A DNA stretch of 63,810 nucleotides, filler included, from Vicugna vicugna (GCA_013265495.1; 76 parts of 75 records of this genome joined end to end with filler, not necessarily neighbours in it); one strand, 5' to 3'. Counted from the first letter of the whole stretch, positions 38,282-50,838 are shown. Notes: generated by a model not told the origin, from the letters alone. Program-made: numbers and translations.

Positions 38282-39896
38282 GTTGCAGGCCCTGCGGAGA
38301 GGGGAGAGGAGATCGAGGTACATACTGTGCTGTGGGCTGCGGGCGCATTTGGGTTGCAGTGATCTGGTGTGTACCAGCCAGAAGGCAAGGGAAGGCAAAG
38401 CAAATCCGGGGGTACAGTTTGTCCTCAGCGTCTGCACATAGCTCGGATCACATTANNNNNNNNNNNNNNNNNNNNNNNNNNNNNNNNNNNNNNNNNNNNN
38501 NNNNNNNNNNNNNNNNNNNNNNNNNNNNNNNNNNNNNNNNNNNNNNNNNNNNNNNNNNNNNNNNNNNNNNNNNNNNNNNNNNNNNNNNNNNNNNNNNNNN
38601 NNNNNNNNNNNNNNNNNNNNNNNNNNNNNNNNNNNNNNNNNNNNNNNNNNNNNNNNNNNNNNNNNNNNNNNNNNNNNNNNNNNNNNNNNNNNNNNNNNNN
38701 NNNNNNNNNNNNNNNNNNNNNNNNNNNNNNNNNNNNNNNNNNNNNNNNNNNNNNNNNNNNNNNNNNNNNNNNNNNNNNNNNNNNNNNAGAAAAGAAATGA
38801 ACAAAGGCACTGCTTTCCCCAACCCCTTTCAGCAGAATATAAAGAAAAGGACCACAGTTGGATCAAAAGATTTGGATTTCTATCCAATTTATTTGAACTC
38901 CTAANNNNNNNNNNNNNNNNNNNNNNNNNNNNNNNNNNNNNNNNNNNNTTAATTAATTAANNNNNNNNNNNNNNNNNNNNNNNNNNNNNNNNNNNNNNNN
39001 NNNNTCTGGCTTACTAGGAGAGCCGCATTAGCTGAATTCACGGCGCTGTCGCCGTTGTCAGGATCCCGGGGCTGAGGCAGCCCCTCTCCCACCTTGTTAT
39101 TTTGATCTTGCAAACTGGGTCCCAGCTATGTGAACCCTGCACCTGGTGGCCAGGATCGCCCCACACGTGACGTGTCCCCAGTTCCTCGGCGTCCCTCACT
39201 GCTATCAGCTANNNNNNNNNNNNNNNNNNNNNNNNNNNNNNNNNNNNNNNNNNNNNNNNNNNNNNNNNNNNNNNNNNNNNNNNNNNNNNNNNNNNNNNNN
39301 NNNNNNNNNNNNNNNNNNNNNNNNNNNNNNNNNNNNNNNNNNNNNNNNNNNNNNNNNNNNNNNNNNNNNNNNNNNNNNNNNNNNNNNNNNNNNNNNNNNN
39401 NNNNNNNNNNNNNNNNNNNNNNNNNNNNNNNNNNNNNNNNNNNNNNNNNNNNNNNNNNNNNNNNNNNNNNNNNNNNNNNNNNNNNNNNNNNNNNNNNNNN
39501 NNNNNNNNNNNNNNNNNNNNNNNNNNNNNNNNNNNNNNNNNNNNNNNNNNNNNNNNNNNNNNNNNNNNNNNNNNNNNNNNNNNNNNNNNNNNNNNNNNNN
39601 NNNNNNNNNNNNNNNNNNNNNNNNNNNNNNNNNNNNNNNNNNNNNNNNNNNNNNNNNNNNNNNNNNNNNNNNNNNNNNNNNNNNNNNNNNNNNNNNNNNN
39701 NNNGTGCTGAATGATTTGATACAACTTTGTAAAATGACTATAACTCAACTTAAAAAAGTTTGTATATATAAAAAAAGTAGATGGGAGAATGTACATNNNN
39801 NNNNNNNNNNNNNNNNNNNNNNNNNNNNNNNNNNNNNNNNTTAATTAATTAANNNNNNNNNNNNNNNNNNNNNNNNNNNNNNNNNNNNNNNNNNNN

Positions 39897-40761
39897 GAGA
39901 CAACTACACGCAGCTCTCTTCAGTCACAGTTGTTCCCTGTAAGGGGAAGTTCGAGAACTATCTTCCCTGACCTTGGGGAGGCACCCTCTGTCACTGGGAT
40001 ATCCTGCAAACCCCCCTAGCATTCCCTGGCACAGAGAAATTAGGAAAACCCTCAGGGGAGACGAGCTTAGGCTTTCCGTTAGAACCCACGCNNNNNNNNN
40101 NNNNNNNNNNNNNNNNNNNNNNNNNNNNNNNNNNNNNNNNNNNNNNNNNNNNNNNNNNNNNNNNNNNNNNNNNNNNNNNNNNNNNNNNNNNNNNNNNNNN
40201 NNNTCCCTGTTCGGTCCGAGAAATAACTTCCCTGACTTTGGGGAGGCAACCTCTCTCACTGGGATATCCTGCAAACCCCCCTAGCATTCCCTGGCACAGA
40301 GACATTAGGAAAACTCTCAGGGGAGACGAGCTTAGGAATTCCGTTAGAATCAACGCGGTGCCGACCGTTGGAGGAAACTCCCCACGCTCAGGATTCCGGA
40401 AAAATTTCAGTGCGTGGGGGAGTTCGAGAGACAACTCCACGCAGCTCTCTTCAGTCACAGGTGTACCCTGTTCGTGGAAGTCCGAGAAATACCTTCCCTG
40501 AGTTTGGGGAGGCAGTTTCTGTCACTGGGATATCCTGCAAACCCCCCTAGCATTCCCTGGCACAGAGATATTAGGAAAACACTCAGGGGAGACGAGCTTA
40601 GGCATTCCGTTAAAACCCACGCGCTGCCGACCGTTGGTGGAACCTCCCCACGCTTTGGATTCCGGAAAAATTGTCAGTGCGTGGTGGATCTCGAGAGATA
40701 ACTTCACGCAGCTCATTTCAGTCACAGGTGTACCCTGTTCGTGGAAGTCCGAGAAATACCT
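39897..40761 (+). repeat. Satellite A
   Basis: A monomer text, 267-bp period. Confidence 0.95.
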
Positions 40762-40861
40762 NNNNNNNNNNNNNNNNNNNNNNNNNNNNNNNNNNNNNNN
40801 NNNNNTTAATTAATTAANNNNNNNNNNNNNNNNNNNNNNNNNNNNNNNNNNNNNNNNNNNN

Positions 40862-41380
40862 CCAGTTTCAAGAATCACACTTTGATCCCACAAAAAATCT
40901 CTTAGAACGAATTCTACCGTAGAAATATGTAATTTGAATAGATTCCATCTACAAGATATTCCGTGTTTCGTGCATGCTACATATATGACGGATTCGACAA
41001 ACATACACTCTTGAGTTGAGGTCATCTGGATTACCAATCTTTCATCCTCTATAAAAGGAATAATTTCATCTAGACACGTGTACACATTTTAACANNNNNN
41101 NNNNNNNNNNNNNNNNNNNNNNNNNNNNNNNNNNNNNNNNNNNNNNNNNNNNNNNNNNNNNNNNNNNNNNNNNNNNNNNNNNNNNNNNNNNNNNNNNNNN
41201 NNNNNNNNNNNNNNNNNNNNNNNNNNNNNNNNNNNNNNNNNNNNNNNNNNNNNNNNNNNNNNNNNNNNNNNNNNNNNNNNNNNNNNNNNNNCCGAACAAG
41301 GAAAGACTTAGATAAATTTACTCTGACTTCATAGTTTTTTCCTAACTCCAGGTTCTAAAATCGGACATTTGGCACCAGAA
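40862..41380 (-). repeat. Satellite E
   Basis: Same blocks as other E scaffolds. Confidence 0.88.
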
Positions 41381-41480
41381 NNNNNNNNNNNNNNNNNNNN
41401 NNNNNNNNNNNNNNNNNNNNNNNNTTAATTAATTAANNNNNNNNNNNNNNNNNNNNNNNNNNNNNNNNNNNNNNNNNNNN

Positions 41481-42706
41481 CTTCAGTCACAGGTGTTCCC
41501 TGTTCGGGTAAGTCCGACAAATACAGTCCGTGGCTTTGGGGTGGCAGCCGCTGTCACTGGGATATCCTGCAAACACCCCCAGCATTCCCTGGCACAGAGA
41601 CATTAGGAAAAACCTCAGGGGAGACGAGCTTAGGCATTCTGTTTGAACCCACATTCTGCCGACCGTTGGTGGAACCTCCCCACGCTCAGGATTCCGGAAA
41701 AATTGTCAGTGCGTGGGGGAGATCGAGAGAAAATTCCACAAAGCTCTCTTCATTCACAGGATTTATCTGTTCGGGGAAGTCCGGGAAATAACTTCCCTGA
41801 TCTTGCGGAGGCAGCCTCTGTCACTGGGATATCNNNNNNNNNNNNNNNNNNNNNNNNNNNNNNNNNNNNNNNNNNNNNNNNNNNNNNNNNNNNNNNNNNN
41901 NNNNNNNNNNNNNNNNNNNNNNNNNNNNNNNNNNNNNNNNNNNNNNNNNNNNNNNNNNNNNNNNNNNNNNNNNNNNNNNNNNNNNNNNNNNNNNNNNNNN
42001 NNNNNNNNNNNNNNNNNNNNNNNNNNNNNNNNNNNNNNNNNNNNNNNNNNNNNNNNNNNNNNNNNNNNNNNNNNNNNNNNNNNNNNNNNNNNNNNNNNNN
42101 NNNNNNNNNNNNNNNNNNNNNNNNNNNNNNNNNNNNNNNNNNNNNNNNNNNNNNNNNNNNNNNNNNNNNNNNNNNNNNNNNNNNNNNNNNNNNNNNNNNN
42201 NNNNNNNNNNNNNNNNNNNNNNNNNNNNNNNNNNNNNNNNNNNNNNNNNNNNNNNNNNNNNNNNNNNNNNNNNNNNNNNNNNNNNNNNNNNNNNNNNNNN
42301 NNNNNNNNNNNNNNNNNNNNNNNNNNNNNNNNNNNNNNNNNNNNNNNNNNNNNNNNNNNNNNNNNNNNNNNNNNNNNNNNNNNNNNNNNNNNNNNNNNNN
42401 NNNNNNNNNNNNNNNNNNNNNNNNNNNNNNNNNNNNNNNNNNNNNNNNNNNNNNNNNNNNNNNNNNNNNNNNNNNNNNNNNNNNNNNNNNNNNNNNNNNN
42501 NNNNNNNNNNNNNNNNNNNNNNNNNNNNNNNNNNNNNTCGGGGAAGTCCGAGCAAAACCTTCCCTGAACTTGGGGAGGCAGCCTCTGTCACTGGGATATC
42601 ATGCAAACGCCCCTAGCATTCCCTGGCACAGAGATATTAGGAAATCCCTCAAGGGAGACTCGCTTAGGCATTCCGTTAGAACCCACGTGCTGCCGCCCGT
42701 TGATGG
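41481..42706 (+). repeat. Satellite A
   Basis: A monomer text. Confidence 0.95.
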
Positions 42707-45201
42707 NNNNNNNNNNNNNNNNNNNNNNNNNNNNNNNNNNNNNNNNNNNNTTAATTAATTAANNNNNNNNNNNNNNNNNNNNNNNNNNNNNNNNNNNNNN
42801 NNNNNNAGGCCCAGGAGAATGACAGTTAGAAAAAGGAAAGAGAAGAAGCATGTAAGGCCCTGTCTCTATACCACCATAACATGAAGTTCCACCAAATTAT
42901 CCAGTATGGGTGCAGCCAACATTTAGGTTGGCTAAACAGGTTATAGAAACCTGGAAGTCTCAACCATAGTGGAAATTCCAACATTTACTGTTTTTTTCCA
43001 AGTTCAAGCATCAGTTCAGTGGGCGCTCCATATGAGGGACTACACGAGGCCTGGAGTTCTCCCAAATACAGATCTCTATTATCACGTGTGCAAACCACAC
43101 ACAGGCCCAATAGAAGAAATACGCCCACAGATAAGATGGAATTACTGAAACAGAAAAGAGCCAACCAGCATATATTGCCAGCAAAAATGGTGCTGCTAGA
43201 AATAGAGTAATGGACATAGAAAGCAAACTGTTGTTAGCAGGCAGGAAAGGGANNNNNNNNNNNNNNNNNNNNNNNNNNNNNNNNNNNNNNNNNNNNTTAA
43301 TTAATTAANNNNNNNNNNNNNNNNNNNNNNNNNNNNNNNNNNNNNNNNNNNNAGCCCAGGGAGCAGCGCCCACGCCGCTGATCTGGTCCTCGGGGAGTGT
43401 GAAAGGGAAAGCAGAGGCGGTGGAAACGCTGTCTGCAGCCCCGCTCGGAGGCCAGCCCAAGCCCCAGCCCCAGCCGCCCGCCCCAGTCCATGTCCGCAGA
43501 CACTGCCCGCCCGGGACACAGACACAGCCGGCCCNNNNNNNNNNNNNNNNNNNNNNNNNNNNNNNNNNNNNNNNNNNNNNNNNNNNNNNNNNNNNNNNNN
43601 NNNNNNNNNNNNNNNNNNNNNNNNNNNNNNNNNNNNNNNNNNNNNNNNNNNNNNNNNNNNNNNNNNNNNNNNNNNNNNNNNNNNNNNNNNNNNNNNNNNN
43701 NNNNNNNNNNNNNNNNNNNNNNNNNNNNNNNNNNNNNNNNNNNNNNNNNNNNNNNNNNNNNNNNNNNNNNNNNNNNNNNNNNNNNNNNNNNNNNNNNNCC
43801 CGAGGGCCCCCCAACTTGCAGTTCCACAGCCAGAGTCCCCGGCCCCAGGCAGGAGCCAAAGGCCTACCGGGCAATACAGCTGAGAAGCCTTTGGGCAGAT
43901 CCCTGGCTTGGAGATGGAGCNNNNNNNNNNNNNNNNNNNNNNNNNNNNNNNNNNNNNNNNNNNNTTAATTAATTAANNNNNNNNNNNNNNNNNNNNNNNN
44001 NNNNNNNNNNNNNNNNNNNNAACGTCCGAGGTGGGGCTGGTGGAAAGATACCAGGATAATACTCATCAAATGGAGACGTCCTGACTGGATCCAATTTGAA
44101 AGACACTGGGTTCAGGACTGAGTGGTTAGATAAGAGACTGGTCTAATGTTTTCCTCAATTTGGTTACCTCCATTGAATTTTTCGTGATAAAAGAAAAACT
44201 CTTATGAGGAAACATTCAACTCCAAAAGTGGGACCCTCCTCCTGGTTGGTAACAGCTTTCTCGGGTGACAGAGAAACTTGCAGTGGTGGTAGAGGCAAAG
44301 ACTTCATGCTATAGTGTTTTCCCTGCGGGAAATCTTACTAGCAATTTTATTCTGAGAACCCGACCTTACAATGTGGACTAGAACTTCNNNNNNNNNNNNN
44401 NNNNNNNNNNNNNNNNNNNNNNNNNNNNNNNNNNNNNNNNNNNNNNNNNNNNNNNNNNNNNNNNNNNNNNNNNNNNNNNNNNNNNNNNNNNNNNNNNNNN
44501 NNNNNNNNNNNNNNNNNNNNNNNNNNNNNNNNNNNNNNNNNNNNNNNNNNNNNNNNNNNNNNNNNNNNNNNNNNNNNNNNNNNNNNNNNNNNNNNNNNTG
44601 TATTTCTCTTCCTGTGTCCTTGAAATGTAAACGTTTTATCTTTCTCTGGGAATTTTATGTTTGTGTATGTATGTTTATATGTGTTTCCTTTTTTTTTAAG
44701 GAAACATTGTACTCTGCCATACAAAAGGTACAAGTACTGTGTACATATGGTGGACATGCAAATAAATTGGGATTCTCAATAATCCTTTGATTGAACCAAT
44801 TTTCGGGCATTTTGCCATCTTAAACTTTGTTGCATCAGCCTGGACCACAAAGGCCTTTAGCTTTTGGAGAGTAAAGTTTTGAATTTTATTTAGGCCAGAC
44901 CCCCACTCTCATGTGGAAAAGCCTCTTCATCTTATTGGTTTAAAATATATATATATAGCTTTTCAAAGCATTTTTTTAACCAAGATCTTAGGTTAAGCTT
45001 TAGATATACTTTTTGACCTTTAAACTTTATTTTAATAGGTACAAATAAAACAACATTTTATAATGAGAGCTCTTTCAACTTTCACCAATTTAAAAGTTTT
45101 TNNNNNNNNNNNNNNNNNNNNNNNNNNNNNNNNNNNNNNNNNNNNTTAATTAATTAANNNNNNNNNNNNNNNNNNNNNNNNNNNNNNNNNNNNNNNNNNN
45201 N

Positions 45202-45667
45202 TGGTGGATGAAAGTACACTAATCCACATGCTCACAACTCAGAAACCCATGTTTCTCAAATCCGCATGTATGTATCATATACGGAACCTGGAATGCCATG
45301 TTGATGGAATTCATGTAAATTATATATCTATTACGTTGAATACACTCCAGAAGTATTCTTCTGTGAAAAATGCACGACTTCGAACCTTGTGTTAGGGAAA
45401 GCATGAGAAAATGTGTACACGAGTCTATATGAAATTATTCCTTTTATAGTGGGTGAAAAATCAGTAATCCACATGCTCTCAAATCAGGAAGGCTTGTGTG
45501 TCGAATCCAGGCTTGTGTGTCGAATCCGCCATGAATGTAGCATGTACGGAACACTGAATATCATTAAGATGGAATCTATTCAAATTACATATCTCTAGTG
45601 TTGATTTCGCTCCAAGAGAGTTTTTCTGGGATCAAATTGTGATTCCTGAAACTGGTGATAGGAGAAG
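45202..45667 (+). repeat. Satellite E
   Basis: Same blocks as other E scaffolds. Confidence 0.88.
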
Positions 45668-45767
45668 NNNNNNNNNNNNNNNNNNNNNNNNNNNNNNNNN
45701 NNNNNNNNNNNTTAATTAATTAANNNNNNNNNNNNNNNNNNNNNNNNNNNNNNNNNNNNNNNNNNNN

Positions 45768-46477
45768 CCCCATATATATGTATGGAGTGGAGTTTGCAAC
45801 TGTAAATAAACTCTGGGTTCCCTTCACGATAAGTGAAGGACGGCTTTCACACACACTTATCTCTCAGAACTGAGCATGTGGAGAGACGTTCTTTCATCCA
45901 GCACAAAGGAAACGGGTTGCAGGAGAAACCCTTACTCTGGTTTCTCAGTCTGTTTCCTAGTGCCGGTTTGAAGTGCCTGCTGTTTTCACTGTAAAACCGA
46001 GTTGGAGCTTGTACCTCCCCATATATATGTATGGAGTGGAGTTTGCAACTGTAAATAAACTCTGGGTTCCCTTCACGATAAGTGAAGGACGGCTTTCACA
46101 CACACTTATCTCTCAGAACTGAGCATGTGGAGAGACGTTCGTTCATCCAGCAAAAAGGGAACGGGTTGCAGGAGAAACACTTACTCTGGTTTCTCAGTCG
46201 GTTTATTATTGCCGTTTTGAAGTGCCAGAAATTTTCACTGTAAAACCGAATTAGTGCTTGTACCTCCCCATATATATGTATGGATTGGAGTTTACAACTG
46301 AAAAGAAACTCTGTGTTCCCTTGAAGCTAGGTGAAGGACGACTTTCACTCACACTTCTCTCACANNNNNNNNNNNNNNNNNNNNNNNNNNNNNNNNNNNN
46401 NNNNNNNTTGCAGGAGAAACACTTACTCTAGGTTTTCAGTATGTTTCCTAGTGCCGGTTTGAAGTGCCTGCCGTTTT
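45768..46477 (-). repeat. Satellite C (249-bp monomer)
   Basis: ATATATATGTATGG at 45772, 46021 and 46270 gives an exact 249-bp period. Confidence 0.95.
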
Positions 46478-46699
46478 NNNNNNNNNNNNNNNNNNNNNNN
46501 NNNNNNNNNNNNNNNNNNNNNTTAATTAATTAANNNNNNNNNNNNNNNNNNNNNNNNNNNNNNNNNNNNNNNNNNNNTAAGATCTGTTCTTAAAATTAGT
46601 TTCTAGTATTTGTTTTTGTTTGCTAGTTTGTTTCTTTGTTTACTGTTTTAAATGTGGCAACTGGGAAACTTTCTTTACATGGCTCTCATTTCATTTCTG

Positions 46700-46830
46700 T
46701 TGGGCAGCCTGTCCTGAGGCAGTCTCATCCCTTTGTTTATAGATGAGATGCTGAATCCCGAGAGGCAGAAAGAGGCGCTGGTTGAGCTGGGGCTGGAGCC
46801 GGTGTCTCCTGCCTTCCAGGCCCAGCACCT
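46700..46830 (-). mobile_element. MIR fragment
   Basis: CATCCC..TTTATAGATGAG.TGCTGA..CCCGAGAGG and GAGCTGGGGCTGGAGCC MIR-like motifs. Confidence 0.55.
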
Positions 46831-47229
46831 ATTCGGCTCAGGCCCTCTCTTCCTGCCCGACAGCCAGCATGCCATGTTAGGACATCAGAAACACCATCAA
46901 GGACTTCCGAATGAACTCCTTATGCAGGGAAAAGCGTATCACGGAGTATGGGAAAGAGCAGATAAATGTTCATTCTCACCTTGTCCCTGTGATTAAGTCA
47001 AGGGCCAAGGGCCCCACCTCAAAAGTGCAGACGAGCTCTTCTGAGCTGCCTATCCCCCCACCTTCTTCTCTGTTTCCCCGTGTGTCTATCGTGCTGTCCC
47101 TCGTGCAGAGGATGGTGAGATGCCTTTGCNNNNNNNNNNNNNNNNNNNNNNNNNNNNNNNNNNNNNNNNNNNNTTAATTAATTAANNNNNNNNNNNNNNN
47201 NNNNNNNNNNNNNNNNNNNNNNNNNNNNN

Positions 47230-48209
47230 GGAATCTCCATCCTGTTTTCCACAGTGGCTTCACCAACCTGCATTACCCCCAGCAGTGAAGGACTGTTCCC
47301 TTTATTCCACAGGCTCTCCAGCATTTGTCATTTGTGGATTTTTGAATGATGGCCATTCTGACTGGTATGAGGTGATATCTAATTGCAGTTTTGATTTGCA
47401 TTTCTCTGAGAATCAGTGATTTTGAGCATTTTCTGATGTTCCTTTTGATCATTTGTATGTCTTCCTTGGAGAATTGCTTGTTTAGGTCTTCTGCCCAATT
47501 TTGGATTGGGTTGTTTATTTTTTCTTATTCAGTTGGATGATCTGATTATATACTCTGGAGATCAAGCCTTTGACGGTTTCATATGCAAATTTTTCCCATT
47601 CCGTAAGTTGTCTTGTTGTTTTACTTCCGGTGTCTTTACTGTGCAGAAGCTTATAAGTTTCATTAGGTCTCATTTGTTTATTCTTGCTTTTATTTCTTCT
47701 ACGAGAAAATTTTCGAAAACAGATAACATTTTGTCTATATTTTCCTCTTGGAGGTTTATTGTATCTTGTCTTATGTTTAAGTGTTTTATCTGTTTTGAGT
47801 TTATTTTTTTTCTATGGTGTTCTAGCTTCTTTTGGAGTGTTCTAGCTTCATTGAATTACATGCTGCTGTCCAGTTTTCCCAACACGAGTTGCTGAAGACA
47901 CTATCTCTATTCCATTGTAATTTCTTGCATCCTTTGTCTAAGATAAATTTACCAAACTTTCGTGGGTTCATTTCTGGGATTTCTTTTCTGTTCCATTGAC
48001 ATATATGTTTGTTTTTCTACCAATACAGTGTTGTCATGTTGACTATATCTCTATAGTATTATCTGAATTGTTAGCGTAAAGAAATGCCACTGATATTAGG
48101 ACCTTAATCTTGTAACCTGCTACCTTGCTGAATCCTTTGATCAGATGCAGTAAATTTTGTCTGAATCTTGTAGGGTTTTCTATATATTGTTACATATTCT
48201 CTGTATATA
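47230..48209 (-). mobile_element. LINE-1 ORF2 3' half, degraded
   Basis: Antisense L1 hallmarks (GATGGCCATTCTGACTGGTATGAGGTGATATCT, GTTTTGATTTGCATTTCTCT, CTGTGCAGAAGCTT). Confidence 0.92.
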
Positions 48210-48309
48210 NNNNNNNNNNNNNNNNNNNNNNNNNNNNNNNNNNNNNNNNNNNNTTAATTAATTAANNNNNNNNNNNNNNNNNNNNNNNNNNNNNNNNNNN
48301 NNNNNNNNN

Positions 48310-49084
48310 TAAACATTTTCACAAGCTTTCCCTAACACCAGGTTTGAATTCGTGTATTTTTCACAGAAAATATGTCTGGAGCGTTTTCCACCTAACAGAT
48401 ATGTAATTTACATATAATCCAACAACATGGCATTCCGGGTTCCGTACATGCTACATGTATGACTGATTTCGCAATCATGCGTTTCTGACTTGTGAGCATG
48501 TGGATTACTGACCTTTCACAATCTTAACAAGGCGTATATATACTTAGAATTATTTCCTCTGACTTCATAGTTTTTTCCTATCACCAGGTTCTAAAATCGT
48601 ACATTTGGCACCAAAAAACACTCTTTGAGCGAATTCTCACCAATACACATGTAATTTACATTGTTTACATAACCATGGCATTCCGTATTAATTCCGTATT
48701 ACGAACATGTTTCATGCATCACGGATTCCTCAAACTTGAATTTCTGGGTTGTGAACATGCGCATAACTGATATTTCAACCACCAAACAAGTTACTTTTGC
48801 ACTATGAAATATTTATTTTGACTTCGTTGCTTCTTCCTATCACCAGTTTCAAGAATCACAATTTGATCCCAAAAAAAACCTCTTGGAGCGAATTCTAACC
48901 TAGAGATATTTAATTTGCATAGATTCCATCTACATGATATTCCGTGTTCCGTACATGCTACATACGTGACGGCTTCGACAAATATACATTCCTGAGTTGG
49001 GAGTATGTGGATTAGTAATCTTTCATCCTCTATAAATGTAAAATTTCCATCTAGACACGTGTACACATTTTCACAAGCTTTCCC
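48310..49084 (-). repeat. Satellite E, one complete ungapped unit
   Basis: CATTTTCACAAGC at 48314 and 49066 (752 bp including an 11-bp internal duplication, so 741 bp). Confidence 0.93.
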
Positions 49085-49408
49085 NNNNNNNNNNNNNNNN
49101 NNNNNNNNNNNNNNNNNNNNNNNNNNNNTTAATTAATTAANNNNNNNNNNNNNNNNNNNNNNNNNNNNNNNNNNNNNNNNNNNNGCTCCCACTTGCTTGT
49201 GGAGTCTCGAGGGGACGTTTCTGTTATGATGCACGTGCGTGCTGTTCCACATGTCCCGCGGTGCATTCTGCTCAGTGAGGTGTGGTGAGCCAGGGGCCCC
49301 GCTTGTGCCGTGTCGGCTTCTGTGTGCTGGCTTTGCACATCTGAGGATCTGCTACAGGGCTTTCTGTCACACCTGGTTTCACACAGTTTCCTCTCCGTGA
49401 CTTTGCAG

Positions 49409-49611
49409 GCGATCGACAGCTTACATCAAGTTGGGGTTTACTGTCTGGCCTTGGTTCCGGCCAACACCCTCCCCAAAACCCCACTTGGAGGGGGTCCATT
49501 TGTTCAAAATGAAGCAGCTTTTCCTGGAGGGCTCGCTTCACCCCTGCGACGTCCTGATGTGCCCCCACATGTGTGTCACCAACCTGCCTAAGCCTCGGCA
49601 GAAGCAGCCGG
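49409..49611 (+). pseudogene. DIP2C: DIP2C-like internal exon with +1 frameshift
   Basis: AIDSLHQVGVYCLALVPANTLPKTPLGG/VHLFKMKQLFLEGSLHPCDVLMCPHMCVTNLPKPRQKQP matches the DIP2 family (closest to DIP2C as recalled); TTTGCAG acceptor and GTATGT donor; extra G in G5 at 49490-49494. Confidence 0.85.
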
Positions 49612-50319
49612 GTATGTCCAAAGGTCGTGCAGGCCCGGGTCCCCACCAGCAAGGCCTCAGCCTCCCCCTCTGGCCGCCCATCACACGCTCCTGGGGAACA
49701 AGGCTCCCTCCCACGCAGTCCCTTTCTCCCCAGGGTGCGGGGGGATGTGGCATCTCTTCAGGGTGCAGCTGGGGCTCAGACCTCGATCTCCTGGGTGGCC
49801 CTTGGCACAGACCCTCTCATGGTCACAGCTCCCTTGTGCCCAGATGAGCATGAGGCTTCCTTCCATGTTTTGTGAGTCAAGCAGTCGACACGTGGAAGCC
49901 TGCGAAGTTGCGCTGCTCTGCCACTTGGGGAGCGTGGGCACCACCTCCGAGTCATCCTCCACACAGCTCATCGTCCTGCATTTCAGGCTGCACACGGCTG
50001 TCAGTGGAGAATTTATTGCAAGAACATGGGTGGTGGGGGAGCAGCCCCTCTGCCAGTGCAGTAACGGGGTCCCAGCCTCCAACTTGACGTGCTGACCTCA
50101 GGCAGGCAGGGCGTCCTCAGGCCAGGGTGCTAGGATGACAGACAATGTGTACATGGCACAGNNNNNNNNNNNNNNNNNNNNNNNNNNNNNNNNNNNNNNN
50201 NNNNNTTAATTAATTAANNNNNNNNNNNNNNNNNNNNNNNNNNNNNNNNNNNNNNNNNNNNTTGCTTAAATGCCATCCCTGCTAGTCACCACTTACACTC
50301 ATTCTTGTGAACCTCGTCC

Positions 50320-50738
50320 ATACATAGCAGTTGAATGGATGAACAGAATGTAGTATCTCCATGTAGTGGAACATTATTCACAAGTAAGAGTGAATAAAAA
50401 TGAAAAAAAAAGAGGAAAATGAAAAAGGCCACCTGTTTTGGAAAGTCCACCCTGACTGTTCAACCCGCCCTTTTCCCTTTGAAACCCAATCACTTATGCT
50501 CCACTCTACTCTTTTTGATAGTACTTACCACCTTCTAATAAATTAAAGTTTAAAAAAAAAAAAAAAGAGAGAGAAGCTGATACCACTTCAAAATTGACAA
50601 GCCTTGATAACAGCACGTTAAGTGAAAGGAACCAGACACAAACGGCCACATACTGTTGAATTCAATGATCTGAAATGCCCAGAATAGGCACAAGCAGAGG
50701 CAGAGAGCAGGTGATGGTTGCAAGGGGCTTGGTGGAGG
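50320..50738 (+). mobile_element. Old L1M 3' UTR fragments (interrupted)
   Basis: TGAATGGATGAACAGAATGTAGTATCTCCAT; AAGTGAAAGGAACCAGACACAAACGGCCACATA; TGAAATGCCCAGAATAGGCA. Confidence 0.65.
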
Positions 50739-50838
50739 NNNNNNNNNNNNNNNNNNNNNNNNNNNNNNNNNNNNNNNNNNNNTTAATTAATTAANNNNNN
50801 NNNNNNNNNNNNNNNNNNNNNNNNNNNNNNNNNNNNNN

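Noticed and set aside
43353..43920. Possible CpG-island promoter
   Set aside because: Too short and gapped; no associated exon
44021..45101. Possible ERV internal (leader/gag) sequence
   Set aside because: Only a vague resemblance; no PBS or recognisable Gag peptide
38124..49611. TRAPPC9 and DIP2C fragments as a linked gene cluster
   Set aside because: They lie on different scaffolds separated by many artificial linkers
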